The notes: generated by a model not told the origin, from the letters alone. A DNA stretch of 64,000 bases from Mollicutes bacterium (GCA_012799635.1 JAAZKW010000003.1:603-64602); one strand, 5' to 3'. Counted from the first letter of the stretch, positions 41,080 through 49,876 are shown. Translations and numbers: made by a program.

Positions 41080-42506
41080 AATATCAAGTAGTTATTGGTC
41101 TTGAAATGCATTGTGAACTTAAAAGTAACTCAAAAGTTTTTTCTCCAGCATCAAATATATATTCTAAGAAAGCTAATATTAATATAAATGAAGTATGTTT
41201 AGCATTTCCTGGAATTTTACCTTCACTTAATTATAAAAGTGTTTACGATGCAATTAAAATGGCTATAATTCTAAATTGTAAAATACCTAAATATATGATC
41301 TTTGATCGTAAAAATTATTTTTATCCCGATCTTCCAAAAGGTTATCAAATTACTCAAAATACTCATCCTGTGGGTACCAAAGGAAATATAGATATAATAG
41401 TTAATGGTACTAAGAAAAATATTACTATTCAAGATATTCATTTAGAAGAAGATACAGCAGCTTTAGACCACTTAGAAGAAGTTTCTCTACTTGATTATAA
41501 CAGAGCAGGCATTCCTCTTTTAGAATGTGTTACAGACCCTTGTTTATCATCTGCTGAAGAAGCTGCAGCATTTATAGAAACAATGATAAAAATATATCAA
41601 TATACTGGTATTTCAGATGCTGATACTAAAAAAGGACAAATTAGATGTGATGTTAATATAAGTCTTAAAGATGATAAAGACAATTTTGTAACCCCTAGAG
41701 TAGAAGTTAAGAATGTTAACTCAATAGCTAATGTAAAAAATGCCATTATTTATGAAGAAGCAAGACAAATAAAAGCTTTAGAAAATAATCCTTCTTCTTT
41801 AGTAGGCGAAACAAGACGATATGATGAAAGTTTAAATGAAACAGTATTTATGCGCTTTAAAGAAGATGATATCGATTATAAATATTTTATAGAACCTAAT
41901 ATTCCACCATTTGAAATTACTACTGATTTAATAAATGAGATAAAAAAAGATATCCCTGTTTTAGCAAATGAAAGAAAAGATTATTATTTAAATAATTTAT
42001 TATTAGATGAAGAAAACGTTAACATTCTTATTAAAGATATCGACACAGCTAATTATTTTGAAAAATGTATTGATATTGGAATTAATCATAAAGAAGCAGC
42101 TAATTGGATAAATGGAATAATACTATCATACCTTAATAAAGAAAGCCTAAGTATTAATGAATTTTTTTTAAAACCAGAATATTTAAAGCAAATATTAGAT
42201 GCCATGACAGAAAATATTATTTCCTCTAAACAGGCTAAAGAAATATTTTATAAAGCACTAGAAAATAAAAAAGAACCCAAAGAGTTTATTTCAAAAGAAA
42301 ATACTCAAATATCAGATGATAAGGAACTTAATGATATAATTTCTAAGATTCTTAATAATTCTGAAGAACAAATAAAAGAATATCACAATGGAAAAACAAA
42401 TCTTTTTGATTATTTTGTAGGCCAAGTAATGAAAGAAACTAGAGGAAAAGCTAATCCTAATCTTACTAAAGATATCTTAACTAATAAATTAAATAAATTA
42501 AAATAA
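41076..42506 (+). CDS. gatB: Asp/Glu-tRNA amidotransferase subunit B
   Basis: VIGLEMHCELK, DRKNYFYPDLPKGYQITQ and HLEEDTA motifs. ATGA overlap with gatA. Confidence 0.95.
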   Translation: MKYQVVIGLEMHCELKSNSKVFSPASNIYSKKANININEVCLAFPGILPSLNYKSVYDAIKMAIILNCKIPKYMIFDRKNYFYPDLPKGYQITQNTHPVGTKGNIDIIVNGTKKNITIQDIHLEEDTAALDHLEEVSLLDYNRAGIPLLECVTDPCLSSAEEAAAFIETMIKIYQYTGISDADTKKGQIRCDVNISLKDDKDNFVTPRVEVKNVNSIANVKNAIIYEEARQIKALENNPSSLVGETRRYDESLNETVFMRFKEDDIDYKYFIEPNIPPFEITTDLINEIKKDIPVLANERKDYYLNNLLLDEENVNILIKDIDTANYFEKCIDIGINHKEAANWINGIILSYLNKESLSINEFFLKPEYLKQILDAMTENIISSKQAKEIFYKALENKKEPKEFISKENTQISDDKELNDIISKILNNSEEQIKEYHNGKTNLFDYFVGQVMKETRGKANPNLTKDILTNKLNKLK

Positions 42507-42534
42507 TTAGTTTATTTTATATTTTTAAATATTA

Positions 42535-42543
42535 TGTTATAAT
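42535..42543 (+). promoter_or_regulatory. extended -10 promoter (TGtTATAAT) of the candidate sRNA
   Basis: TGTTATAAT at 42535-42543. G42550, 7 nt downstream, is the first base of the long helix. Confidence 0.5.
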
Positions 42544-42549
42544 TAAGAT

Positions 42550-42718
42550 GCTTAGAGATAGTTTATTAGTATATAAAACCGACAAAGATAAAATAAGGGA
42601 GTCTAATGGATTTACGGTGTGAAAACTTAATTTAATTAAGGATCCTAAAGTAATCTTGTGACTTACCACCTGCGAAGAGCGGGCTTTATCAACGATAGAC
42701 TTTCTTTAAGCATTTTTT
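42550..42718 (+). ncRNA. candidate 6S-like RNA (rod-shaped ~169-nt RNA upstream of tcdA)
   Basis: 42550-42580 pairs with 42682-42711: 17 consecutive positions with one mismatch and three G.U, then 9 more pairs. Internal bubbles, an inner imperfect stem, and T6 at 42713-42718. Same position (upstream of the yrvM/tcdA homologue, downstream of the hisS operon) as Bacillus subtilis bsrA/6S-1. Confidence 0.45.
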
Positions 42719-42730
42719 ATAGAGGTAGTT

Positions 42731-43390
42731 ATGAATGAAAGATTAATTGGTTTAATTGATACCAAAAAACTAAGTAAATTTAATATTTTACTAGTTGGAG
42801 TAGGTGGGGTGGGTTCCGCTTGTTTTGAAGTTTTAATAAGAAGCGGAATTAAAAATATTACAATAGTAGACTTTGATACATATGAAGAAAGTAACTTAAA
42901 TAGGCAACTACATTCTAACTTAAACGTGATTGGTAAAAAGAAAATTGATGTCCTTAAAAATTTTGCTAATACCCTTCCTCTTGATATAAAAGTTAATTCC
43001 GTTGATGTCTTTTTAGATAGTTCTAGTAATTTAAACTTTAATAAATATGATTATATTATTGATGCCTGTGATACTATTGAAGCCAAGGTTTATTTAGTTA
43101 AAAAAGCTTTAGAATTAAATAAGAAAATTATTTCTTCGATGGGTGTTGGTAATAGAATAAATCCTCACGATCTTGGAGTTTTTAAACTTTCCAAAACGTC
43201 TAATGATCCATTAGCAAAAAAATTTAAGCTTGCATTAAAAAAAGAAGGAATAACTAAAGATGTAATTGTAGTTGCATCAAATGAATTGCCCATTAAAAAG
43301 ACCCCAGTATCATCTTATATAGGTGTTTCTCTTGTAAGTGGGGTTCTTTTAGCAGACTATGTAATTAAGGATTTATTAAATGAAAATTAA
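42731..43390 (+). CDS. tcdA: ThiF/MoeB-family protein, tRNA threonylcarbamoyladenosine dehydratase-like (TcdA/YrvM)
   Basis: LLVGVGGVGSACFEVL...VDFDTYEESNLNRQLHS dinucleotide and adenylation motifs, no C-terminal rhodanese domain, size close to TcdA. Confidence 0.7.
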   Translation: MNERLIGLIDTKKLSKFNILLVGVGGVGSACFEVLIRSGIKNITIVDFDTYEESNLNRQLHSNLNVIGKKKIDVLKNFANTLPLDIKVNSVDVFLDSSSNLNFNKYDYIIDACDTIEAKVYLVKKALELNKKIISSMGVGNRINPHDLGVFKLSKTSNDPLAKKFKLALKKEGITKDVIVVASNELPIKKTPVSSYIGVSLVSGVLLADYVIKDLLNEN

Positions 43391-45245
43391 AGATATAAAA
43401 AATAGTAAGTTTTTAAAAGATTATGATATTAATAAACTTTTAAAACTTTCTTCTGACATGAGAAAATTTATATTAGAAAAAGTGTCTCAAAATGGAGGAC
43501 ACTTGTCATCTAATTTAGGTATTATTGAACTAACAATTGCACTTCTTAAAATATTTGATGAAGAACAAGATGTCTTTTTATTTGATGTTGGTCATAACTC
43601 ATATCCATATAAGATATTAACAGGAAGAGCAAAAGAATTTGATAGTTTAAGAAAATTAAATGGTTTATCAGGATTTCAATCTAAAAGCGAATCTAAAGTA
43701 GACTATTATGAAACAGGGCACTCATCAACATCAATTTCTACCGGAATTGGATATGCTATCGCAAGAGATATAGATAAAAGAAATAAAAGAAATATCATAT
43801 CCGTTATTGGCGATGGCTCTATTAGTAATGGGCTAGCATATGAAGCTTTAAATCATTTAGGTGATCTTAAAACAAAACAAATAATCATTTTAAACGATAA
43901 TCAAATGAGTATTTCTAAAAACGTAGGAGCAATACATAATATGTTAGATAGTATAAGAGCAGGTAAAAGCTATAATAAGGCAAAAAAGAATACTAAGAAA
44001 CTACTAGGTAATACTAAATTTGGTAGAAAAATTGAAAAGTTTTTAGAAAATATTAAAAATAATTTAAAGAAAATTTATCTAAAAGAAGGAACGCTCTTTA
44101 GTGATTTTGGTGTTGAATATTATGGTCCAATAGATGGACATGATTATAAAGAACTGCTGCATTATTTACAAATAGTTAAAAATGAAGAAAAACCGGTTTT
44201 ATTACATGTTATCACTGTTAAAGGAAAAGGATATTCTTTTGCCGAAGAAGATGATGTTGGTGCTTTTCATGGGATTGGAACATTTAATCTTTTAACTGGA
44301 AAAGAAAAAATAAAGAACACTCTTCCTTCATATAGTGAAATAATTAGCACTTATCTATATAAATTTATGAAAAAAGATGATGATATTATGTGCATAACTC
44401 CAGGAATGTGCTATGGTTCTAAATTAGGCATTATAAAAGAAAAGCTACCAAAAAACTTTATTGATGTTGGAATAGCCGAAGAACATGGTTTAGTACTTGC
44501 TAATGGTCTTGCTTTGGCAGGAAAAAAACCATATATATTTATTTATTCTACCTTCTTTCAAAGAGGATATGATCAAATAGTTCATGATATTGCAAGATGT
44601 AATTCTGATGTAACAATAATGATAGATAGGGCAGGTTTAGTACCAAGCGATGGCCCATCACATCAAGGTGTATTTGATATACCTATGATGCTTAGTATTC
44701 CAAATATAATTATTACCATGCCTAAAGATGCTCAAGAAGCTAATGATTTAATATACACATCATTAAATTATATTGGACCATTTATTATAAGATATCCGAA
44801 AATTAATATTGAAAATAATTATAATAAAGCACAATTATTAAAAATTGGTTCATGGGAAATACTTACAAAAGGAAATGACGGTTATATAATATCTTATGGT
44901 CCTTTTATTGAAAAAGCTTTAAATATAACAAATAAACTAAAAAAAGATAATATTAAATTATCTGTTATAAATGCTAGGTTTATTAAACCACTTGATGAAA
45001 AGATGTTAAAAGAAATAATAAAGAATAAAAAACCAATCTTTATATATGAAGAAAGCATGAAAACAGCATCATTAGGAAGTATTATTGCAATTTATTTAAC
45101 TGAAAAAAGATTTAATGGAATATTCAAAATATTTGGTATTGAAGATACCTTTATTCCTCATGGAAATAGAGAAGAGCTTTTAAAATTATGTAAGCTTGAT
45201 GAAGATAATATCTATATAAATATTAAAAAATATTTTAAAAAATAA
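43380..45245 (+). CDS. dxs: 1-deoxy-D-xylulose-5-phosphate synthase
   Basis: GGHLSSNLG, GHSSTSIS, IGDGSISNGLAYEALN and EEHGLV motifs. 621 aa. Confidence 0.93.
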   Translation: MKIKDIKNSKFLKDYDINKLLKLSSDMRKFILEKVSQNGGHLSSNLGIIELTIALLKIFDEEQDVFLFDVGHNSYPYKILTGRAKEFDSLRKLNGLSGFQSKSESKVDYYETGHSSTSISTGIGYAIARDIDKRNKRNIISVIGDGSISNGLAYEALNHLGDLKTKQIIILNDNQMSISKNVGAIHNMLDSIRAGKSYNKAKKNTKKLLGNTKFGRKIEKFLENIKNNLKKIYLKEGTLFSDFGVEYYGPIDGHDYKELLHYLQIVKNEEKPVLLHVITVKGKGYSFAEEDDVGAFHGIGTFNLLTGKEKIKNTLPSYSEIISTYLYKFMKKDDDIMCITPGMCYGSKLGIIKEKLPKNFIDVGIAEEHGLVLANGLALAGKKPYIFIYSTFFQRGYDQIVHDIARCNSDVTIMIDRAGLVPSDGPSHQGVFDIPMMLSIPNIIITMPKDAQEANDLIYTSLNYIGPFIIRYPKINIENNYNKAQLLKIGSWEILTKGNDGYIISYGPFIEKALNITNKLKKDNIKLSVINARFIKPLDEKMLKEIIKNKKPIFIYEESMKTASLGSIIAIYLTEKRFNGIFKIFGIEDTFIPHGNREELLKLCKLDEDNIYINIKKYFKK

Positions 45246-45247
45246 AC

Positions 45248-46225
45248 TTAATCTTTATTTATTAGAAAATCTACAAGATAATGAGGATTCTTTTTACCAT
45301 TTACAATATCATCTATTACATATATAAGCGGTATATTAATATGTTTCTTTTTTAATAACCTAATAACAGTTTCTAAAGTATTAAAACCTTCAACAGTATT
45401 ACTATTTAAATAACTTTCTATTTCTTTTTTGTTTTTAGCGGTTCCAATAACATATCCAAAAGAATAATTTCTACTTTTTTTTGACATTGAAGTCATTAAT
45501 AAATCTCCAACTCCTGCAAAAGAAAGAATGGTTCTTTTTTTGCCTCCGAGTAAAGAAATTAATTTTTTTATATCATGAAGTGATTCATTTATTAAAAACG
45601 CTTGGGTGCTTTCTGTATATCCCAGTCCACCCAAAATACCTGATGCTATAGCAATAATATTCTTAACACTACCACATATTTGTACTCCAATAATGTCTCT
45701 AGATGGTCTTAATTTTAAGGTATCATTTTGCATAATATTGGTTATATAATATTTTGTTTTTATGTCAGCTGAAGCTACTGCCAATGCAACAGGGTTATTA
45801 TTAAGAATATCTACAGCAAAAGTAGGGCCAGATATTACAGCTATTTTTCTAGTATTTAAAATTCTTTTAACGATGTTTGAAAGTAGTTCACAATTTTCTT
45901 CATCAATTCCCTTTGCAGCAATACAAATAGGGATATTTTTTACATAGTATTTTTTAATATCTTTGGTAATATTTTTAACATATTTTGAAGCACATGTAAT
46001 AAAGATAACTTTTGCATCTTTAAGCGTTTCTTCTAAAGAAAGAGATAAAGTTATCCTTTTGGGCATATCAAAATTTTTATATATTGATTTTAAATTTTTA
46101 GTTTTTATATATTCATTATACTTATCTTTATTTTCGGTCCACATTACTATATGGTGGTTATTTTTAACTAAAGTGGATGCAATGGCGATTCCATAAATTC
46201 CAGTTCCTATAAGAGCTATTTTCAT
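45248..46225 (-). CDS. gpsA: NAD(P)H-dependent glycerol-3-phosphate dehydrogenase
   Basis: MKIALIGTGIYG Rossmann start and GSVKNIIAIASG motif. Typical length. Confidence 0.9.
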   Translation of the reverse strand: MKIALIGTGIYGIAIASTLVKNNHHIVMWTENKDKYNEYIKTKNLKSIYKNFDMPKRITLSLSLEETLKDAKVIFITCASKYVKNITKDIKKYYVKNIPICIAAKGIDEENCELLSNIVKRILNTRKIAVISGPTFAVDILNNNPVALAVASADIKTKYYITNIMQNDTLKLRPSRDIIGVQICGSVKNIIAIASGILGGLGYTESTQAFLINESLHDIKKLISLLGGKKRTILSFAGVGDLLMTSMSKKSRNYSFGYVIGTAKNKKEIESYLNSNTVEGFNTLETVIRLLKKKHINIPLIYVIDDIVNGKKNPHYLVDFLINKD

Positions 46226-46282
46226 AAGTTTCCTTCCTAGTTAAGAGTAATTATAACATATGTGTTTTTATGTGTAAATGTA

Positions 46283-46903
46283 ATGACACAAAAGTTTATT
46301 TTTTCATTGTTTGATAATCAAGATCGTTATACTGGAATAATCTTTTTTGCAGGAATAATAGCTATTATAGGTTTTACTTTTTATATAATTGTTCACGGAT
46401 TAAGTTTTAATAAGAAATATAGAGAAGAGCTTATGACTAAAAAACCTAAATTAAGATTTAGATATTTAGATACCTTTTATCATTATAGAAAAGTACCTAC
46501 AAGTGAAAGAGAAAATAATTATCAACTTATTGCATATCATATTATTCAAGACGTTAATTCCCAGAAAATTTATGCTATTGCCCTTCATAATACTAATACT
46601 ATATCACTATTAGAGGAAGGAAAAGTATTTAGAAATAATAAACTTGAAGGTTTTAGTACCAGAAAAAATTGGTCAGAAATTAATTATAATGATGAAGGAT
46701 CCTTTTGGATAGAAAAAGAGGTAGCAAATTGTTATCAAAATTATGGTGATTATATTACAATTACTTACTATAAGGAAGAAACTGATGAAGTAAAAATCGA
46801 TGGTGAATTATTTAATTTAAATCCTAATTATGACGTTTCATTATTAAATAAAGCTATCTTTATTCATGGGTATGCTGAATTCGGTTTTAGACTTGAAAAA
46901 TAA
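46283..46903 (+). CDS. hypothetical single-TM protein
   Basis: ORF with one TM (IIFFAGIIAIIGFTFYIIV). Start uncertain: the track uses a GTG at 46262, and the first ATG is at 46283. Confidence 0.5.
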   Translation: MTQKFIFSLFDNQDRYTGIIFFAGIIAIIGFTFYIIVHGLSFNKKYREELMTKKPKLRFRYLDTFYHYRKVPTSERENNYQLIAYHIIQDVNSQKIYAIALHNTNTISLLEEGKVFRNNKLEGFSTRKNWSEINYNDEGSFWIEKEVANCYQNYGDYITITYYKEETDEVKIDGELFNLNPNYDVSLLNKAIFIHGYAEFGFRLEK

Positions 46904-46930
46904 TTAAATGTATCTTTTTTTCAAAAATGC

Positions 46931-47036
46931 TTGACAAAGGATAATATCTTTGATAATATTAATTTGTGATTAGTTCATTTACCTATTTTTGATTAATTTC
47001 AATGTTTGGTATATATATGAATTAATCACTTTTTTT
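46931..47036 (+). repeat. promoter-hairpin-U-tract element, copy A
   Basis: TTGACA 46931-36, 17 nt, TGaTAATAT (-10 at 46954-59). G46966 starts the arm GTGATTAGTTCAT (46966-78), which pairs with ATGAATTAATCAC (47017-29). T7 at 47030-36. Confidence 0.75.
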
Positions 47037-47048
47037 AGGATAAATATT

Positions 47049-47578
47049 ATGGTTAATTTAGAAACAATTCAAAAAGAGATAACCTCTAAAAGAAACGAAC
47101 TTTTAAAACATTATGTTAAAGACTATTGTATTGAAAATATGGCAAATAAAACCCGAAAATTTTTAATTAACAAAGAAGGAAAATATTTAGAAGTTACTCT
47201 TGAAGGTAATATAAAAGTAGTTGATGAAAAAAACAAAGATATGAATATTATCTATTTGACTTAAGTTCTGAGGAATATGTTTTTTGCTGTTATTCATTTG
47301 AATTTAAAAGTAAAAACAATCTTAAAATTTTAAATGATTTTTATCATTATCCTATTAAAACCTTTCCTAGTGAATCCGAAATTTTTGATTTTCAATTATT
47401 TGCAGAAGTTGACAGGTTAACATTTATACAATATTTATTACGTACTAAAGGAAGTATTCGTAAGAACATAATAGAACTTGAAAATGATGGCTTTATTGAA
47501 TTTAATTTTTTTCGTTACCATAATCACAACAGATGTCGTCAAAAATATACTGAGCTAATAAAAAGCAAAAACAACTGA
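47049..47578 (+). pseudogene. small protein gene split by a frameshift at an A7 tract (72-aa frame-0 part plus a 116-codon Met-less -1 frame)
   Basis: Frame 0 stops at 47262-64. The -1 frame is open from 47228 to 47578 and contains no Met. A7 lies at 47227-33 within A_AAA_AAC. The fused product shares an RYEYY[LI]F motif with the next gene. Confidence 0.65.
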
Positions 47579-47674
47579 TATTTAAAGTTTTCTAAATCAG
47601 TTTTTTAATGTAACTGTACTTGACTTAAACAAATGATTTTGTTAGTATAGCTACTTGTTAAGGAGAAATATATT

Positions 47675-48232
47675 ATGAATAAAATAGAAAAAATTAGAAA
47701 CGATGCTATTATACAAATCCTGAATTTTTATTTTGGTAATGATAGTATATATTATATTTTATTAAAAAACTTTGAAAAACCAATTTATTTTGAAAAAAGA
47801 ATTTTAAAATTAACTAAAGATAGTAATATATATATAATAGATTCACAAAATCATAGATATGAATATTATATTTTTAATTTTGAGAATAATTTAAATCCAT
47901 TTCATCATTTTATTATTCAAATATATAATGATAATCTCATTCAAGTACACCATTCGGTTATTGGCTATAAAGATAATACTTTTGAATATTTTAGTAACGC
48001 ATATGTTCTTGAAATTTTAAGAAAGGAACAAACTAATGATATCGAGTTTGTATCAAATTTACTTAAACCTAATTTCTATGAAATACTAAAAAAACTTGAA
48101 CACGAGAAAAAGATAAAAATTTGTCATATTTCAGATTTTATACATCATCATAACATCGGTTTAGATGAATGCCTTAATATGACATTTGATAATAAAGTAA
48201 AGAAAAGTAGGGGAGAAAATATAAAAATGTAA
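47675..48232 (+). CDS. hypothetical protein (185 aa), weak paralogue of the frameshifted gene
   Basis: RBS AAGGAGA. Promoter-like TTGACT-17-TAGTAT at ~47619-47647. Shares the HRYEYYIFNF motif with 47049-47578. Confidence 0.6.
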   Translation: MNKIEKIRNDAIIQILNFYFGNDSIYYILLKNFEKPIYFEKRILKLTKDSNIYIIDSQNHRYEYYIFNFENNLNPFHHFIIQIYNDNLIQVHHSVIGYKDNTFEYFSNAYVLEILRKEQTNDIEFVSNLLKPNFYEILKKLEHEKKIKICHISDFIHHHNIGLDECLNMTFDNKVKKSRGENIKM

Positions 48233-48274
48233 TTATATTAAAATATATGATATAATGCGTAATAGGAGGATATA

Positions 48275-48796
48275 ATGACAAAAGAGCAGTTAGAAAAGTT
48301 ATATGAAAAATGCAAAGAAAAATGGGAAGCTTCAGGGAAAGATATTTTAATCGATACCGAAGAGATTAACAAACTTTGTGAGTATGGAGTAGCAATTGAA
48401 CAAATTTTTTATCATAATAATATGATGATTGACGGAAGAGGTTATGATTTCAATGAAAATGATGAACTAATTATTTACCTTATTAAAGACAATAAAGAAA
48501 ATGGGAAGATAATTTTATCTTTTAATGGTATAAACATTAGTTATATGGATAAAAGAGGAACCTCTGAAGCGTATAGCAATATTAGTTATAATGGTGAGTA
48601 TACCTATGGAACAATTAGTAAAATAGTTAATGATTCATATATTATTTCTGCTGATATTAATGATAACTCTTATTCTATTGGAGGCGAAAGTTATGCTTTT
48701 TCATCTGATAGTGAAGCTGCAAAAATAAATGAGGTATACAATTTACTAGCAATATTATCTAAAAACGAAGGGTTAAGTAGTCGTAGTAATAATTAA
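48275..48796 (+). CDS. hypothetical protein (173 aa)
   Basis: RBS AGGAGGA. No domain recognised. Confidence 0.6.
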   Translation: MTKEQLEKLYEKCKEKWEASGKDILIDTEEINKLCEYGVAIEQIFYHNNMMIDGRGYDFNENDELIIYLIKDNKENGKIILSFNGINISYMDKRGTSEAYSNISYNGEYTYGTISKIVNDSYIISADINDNSYSIGGESYAFSSDSEAAKINEVYNLLAILSKNEGLSSRSNN

Positions 48797-48819
48797 TTTA
48801 ATAATTTTTAAAAAAACAC

Positions 48820-48926
48820 TTGACATATTACATAGTATTTGATAATATTAAGTTGTGATTAGTTCATTTACCTATTATTGATTAATTTCAATGTTTGGTA
48901 TATATATGAATTAATCACTTTTTTTT
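48820..48926 (+). repeat. promoter-hairpin-U-tract element, copy B
   Basis: TTGACA 48820-25, 17 nt, TAATAT 48843-48. Arms at 48855-67 and 48906-18. T8 at 48919-26. Confidence 0.75.
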
Positions 48927-48964
48927 ATGTAAATTAATATTTTCTTAAAACTAAATATAGATAA

Positions 48965-48993
48965 TTGCTTATCTATATTTTTTATCTTATAAT
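48965..48993 (+). promoter_or_regulatory. promoter placing the transcription start at the xer ATG (leaderless mRNA)
   Basis: TTGCTT 48965-70, 17 nt, TATAAT 48988-93. The ATG is at 49001 and has no Shine-Dalgarno. Confidence 0.5.
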
Positions 48994-49000
48994 ATTATAT

Positions 49001-49876
49001 ATGAATAATAAATACATAGAAAATTATTTAGACTATTTAAAATATGAAAGAAAACTTTCAAAAAACACTTATTTATCTTATAAATATAATTTAAACAAGT
49101 TTTCTTACTTTTTAGGTAATGAGTCTTTGCTTACAGTTACTACTAATAAAATTAGAGCTTTTTTATACGATAGTAATATGAAATCTAGAACAAGAGCTCA
49201 TTTTTTAACTGTAATTAATTCCTTATACTTATATTTAATAGAAAATAACTTACTAGAAGAAAATCCATGTGCTTTAATTAAACTACCTAAACTTGAAAAA
49301 AAACTTCCATCATACTTAACAATTGAGGAAGTAGATAAAATGCTTAATATTAATCCTAAAAAGCCTTTAGACTATCGAAATATAGCTATGCTTGAGGTTA
49401 TGTATGGTAGTGGACTTAGAATAAGCGAAGTGTGTGATATGCTTGTTAGCAATATCGATTTTGATGAAGCTATAATTAGAATAATAGGGAAGGGCAGTAA
49501 GGAAAGAATTGTTCCTATGAATGATAAGAGTATTAATGCTTTAAAAGAATATATTAATAACTATAGATCCTTTTTACTTAAAGATAAAACTAGTGAATTT
49601 GTATTTTTAAATAAATTTGGAAATAAACTTTCAAGAGTTGGTTTCTTTAAAATCGTAAAAAAAATATGTGAATTATCTGGTATTGATAAAGATATATCCC
49701 CACACACGCTTAGACACTCATTTGCAACTCATTTACTTAATAATGGAACTAATCTAAGAGTAATACAAGAACTGCTTGGACACAGTAATATTACAACTAC
49801 ACAAGTGTATTCTCACATATCAAATGAAAGTATTAAAAGAGATTACGATAATCATCCAAGAGGTAAGAATGAATAG
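49001..49876 (+). CDS. XerC/XerD-family tyrosine recombinase
   Basis: N-terminal SAM-like domain (YLDYLKYERKLSKNTYLSY). Catalytic box HTLRHSFATHLLNNGTNLRVIQELLGHSNITTTQVYSH with R..HxxR..Y. 291 aa from the ATG at 49001. Confidence 0.88.
   Translation: MNNKYIENYLDYLKYERKLSKNTYLSYKYNLNKFSYFLGNESLLTVTTNKIRAFLYDSNMKSRTRAHFLTVINSLYLYLIENNLLEENPCALIKLPKLEKKLPSYLTIEEVDKMLNINPKKPLDYRNIAMLEVMYGSGLRISEVCDMLVSNIDFDEAIIRIIGKGSKERIVPMNDKSINALKEYINNYRSFLLKDKTSEFVFLNKFGNKLSRVGFFKIVKKICELSGIDKDISPHTLRHSFATHLLNNGTNLRVIQELLGHSNITTTQVYSHISNESIKRDYDNHPRGKNE

Noticed and set aside
42550-42718. A TPP riboswitch upstream of a ThiF-family gene and dxs.
   Set aside because: No CUGAGA or ACCUGAUCUGGAUAAUGCCAGCG-type core is present. 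The fold is a single long rod rather than a three-way junction, and the ThiF-like protein looks like TcdA rather than thiamine ThiF. I also found no SAM, FMN, purine, glycine, lysine or T-box core motifs here.
46989-47048. A conserved N-terminal extension or leader peptide, MINFNV[WC]YIYELITFF, appears in track ORFs 46989-47264 and 57210-58118. It is also readable in element copies B and D.
   Set aside because: It begins with TTG and has no RBS. It is conserved only because it lies inside the conserved RNA hairpin. Every difference between copies is non-synonymous (N->Y, V->G, W->C), and the reading frame ends differently in each copy. The real genes start at downstream ATGs, each preceded by a purine-rich RBS (clear GGAGG-type at 58031 and 59188, weaker AGGA at 47049).
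49001-49876. The tyrosine recombinase could be the integrase of a prophage or genomic island covering the hypothetical genes at 46.9-48.8 kb.
   Set aside because: There are no phage structural, replication or excisionase genes and no flanking direct att repeats. The protein has XerC/D-type N- and C-terminal motifs, and it sits at the chromosome-wide strand switch next to a dif-like site.
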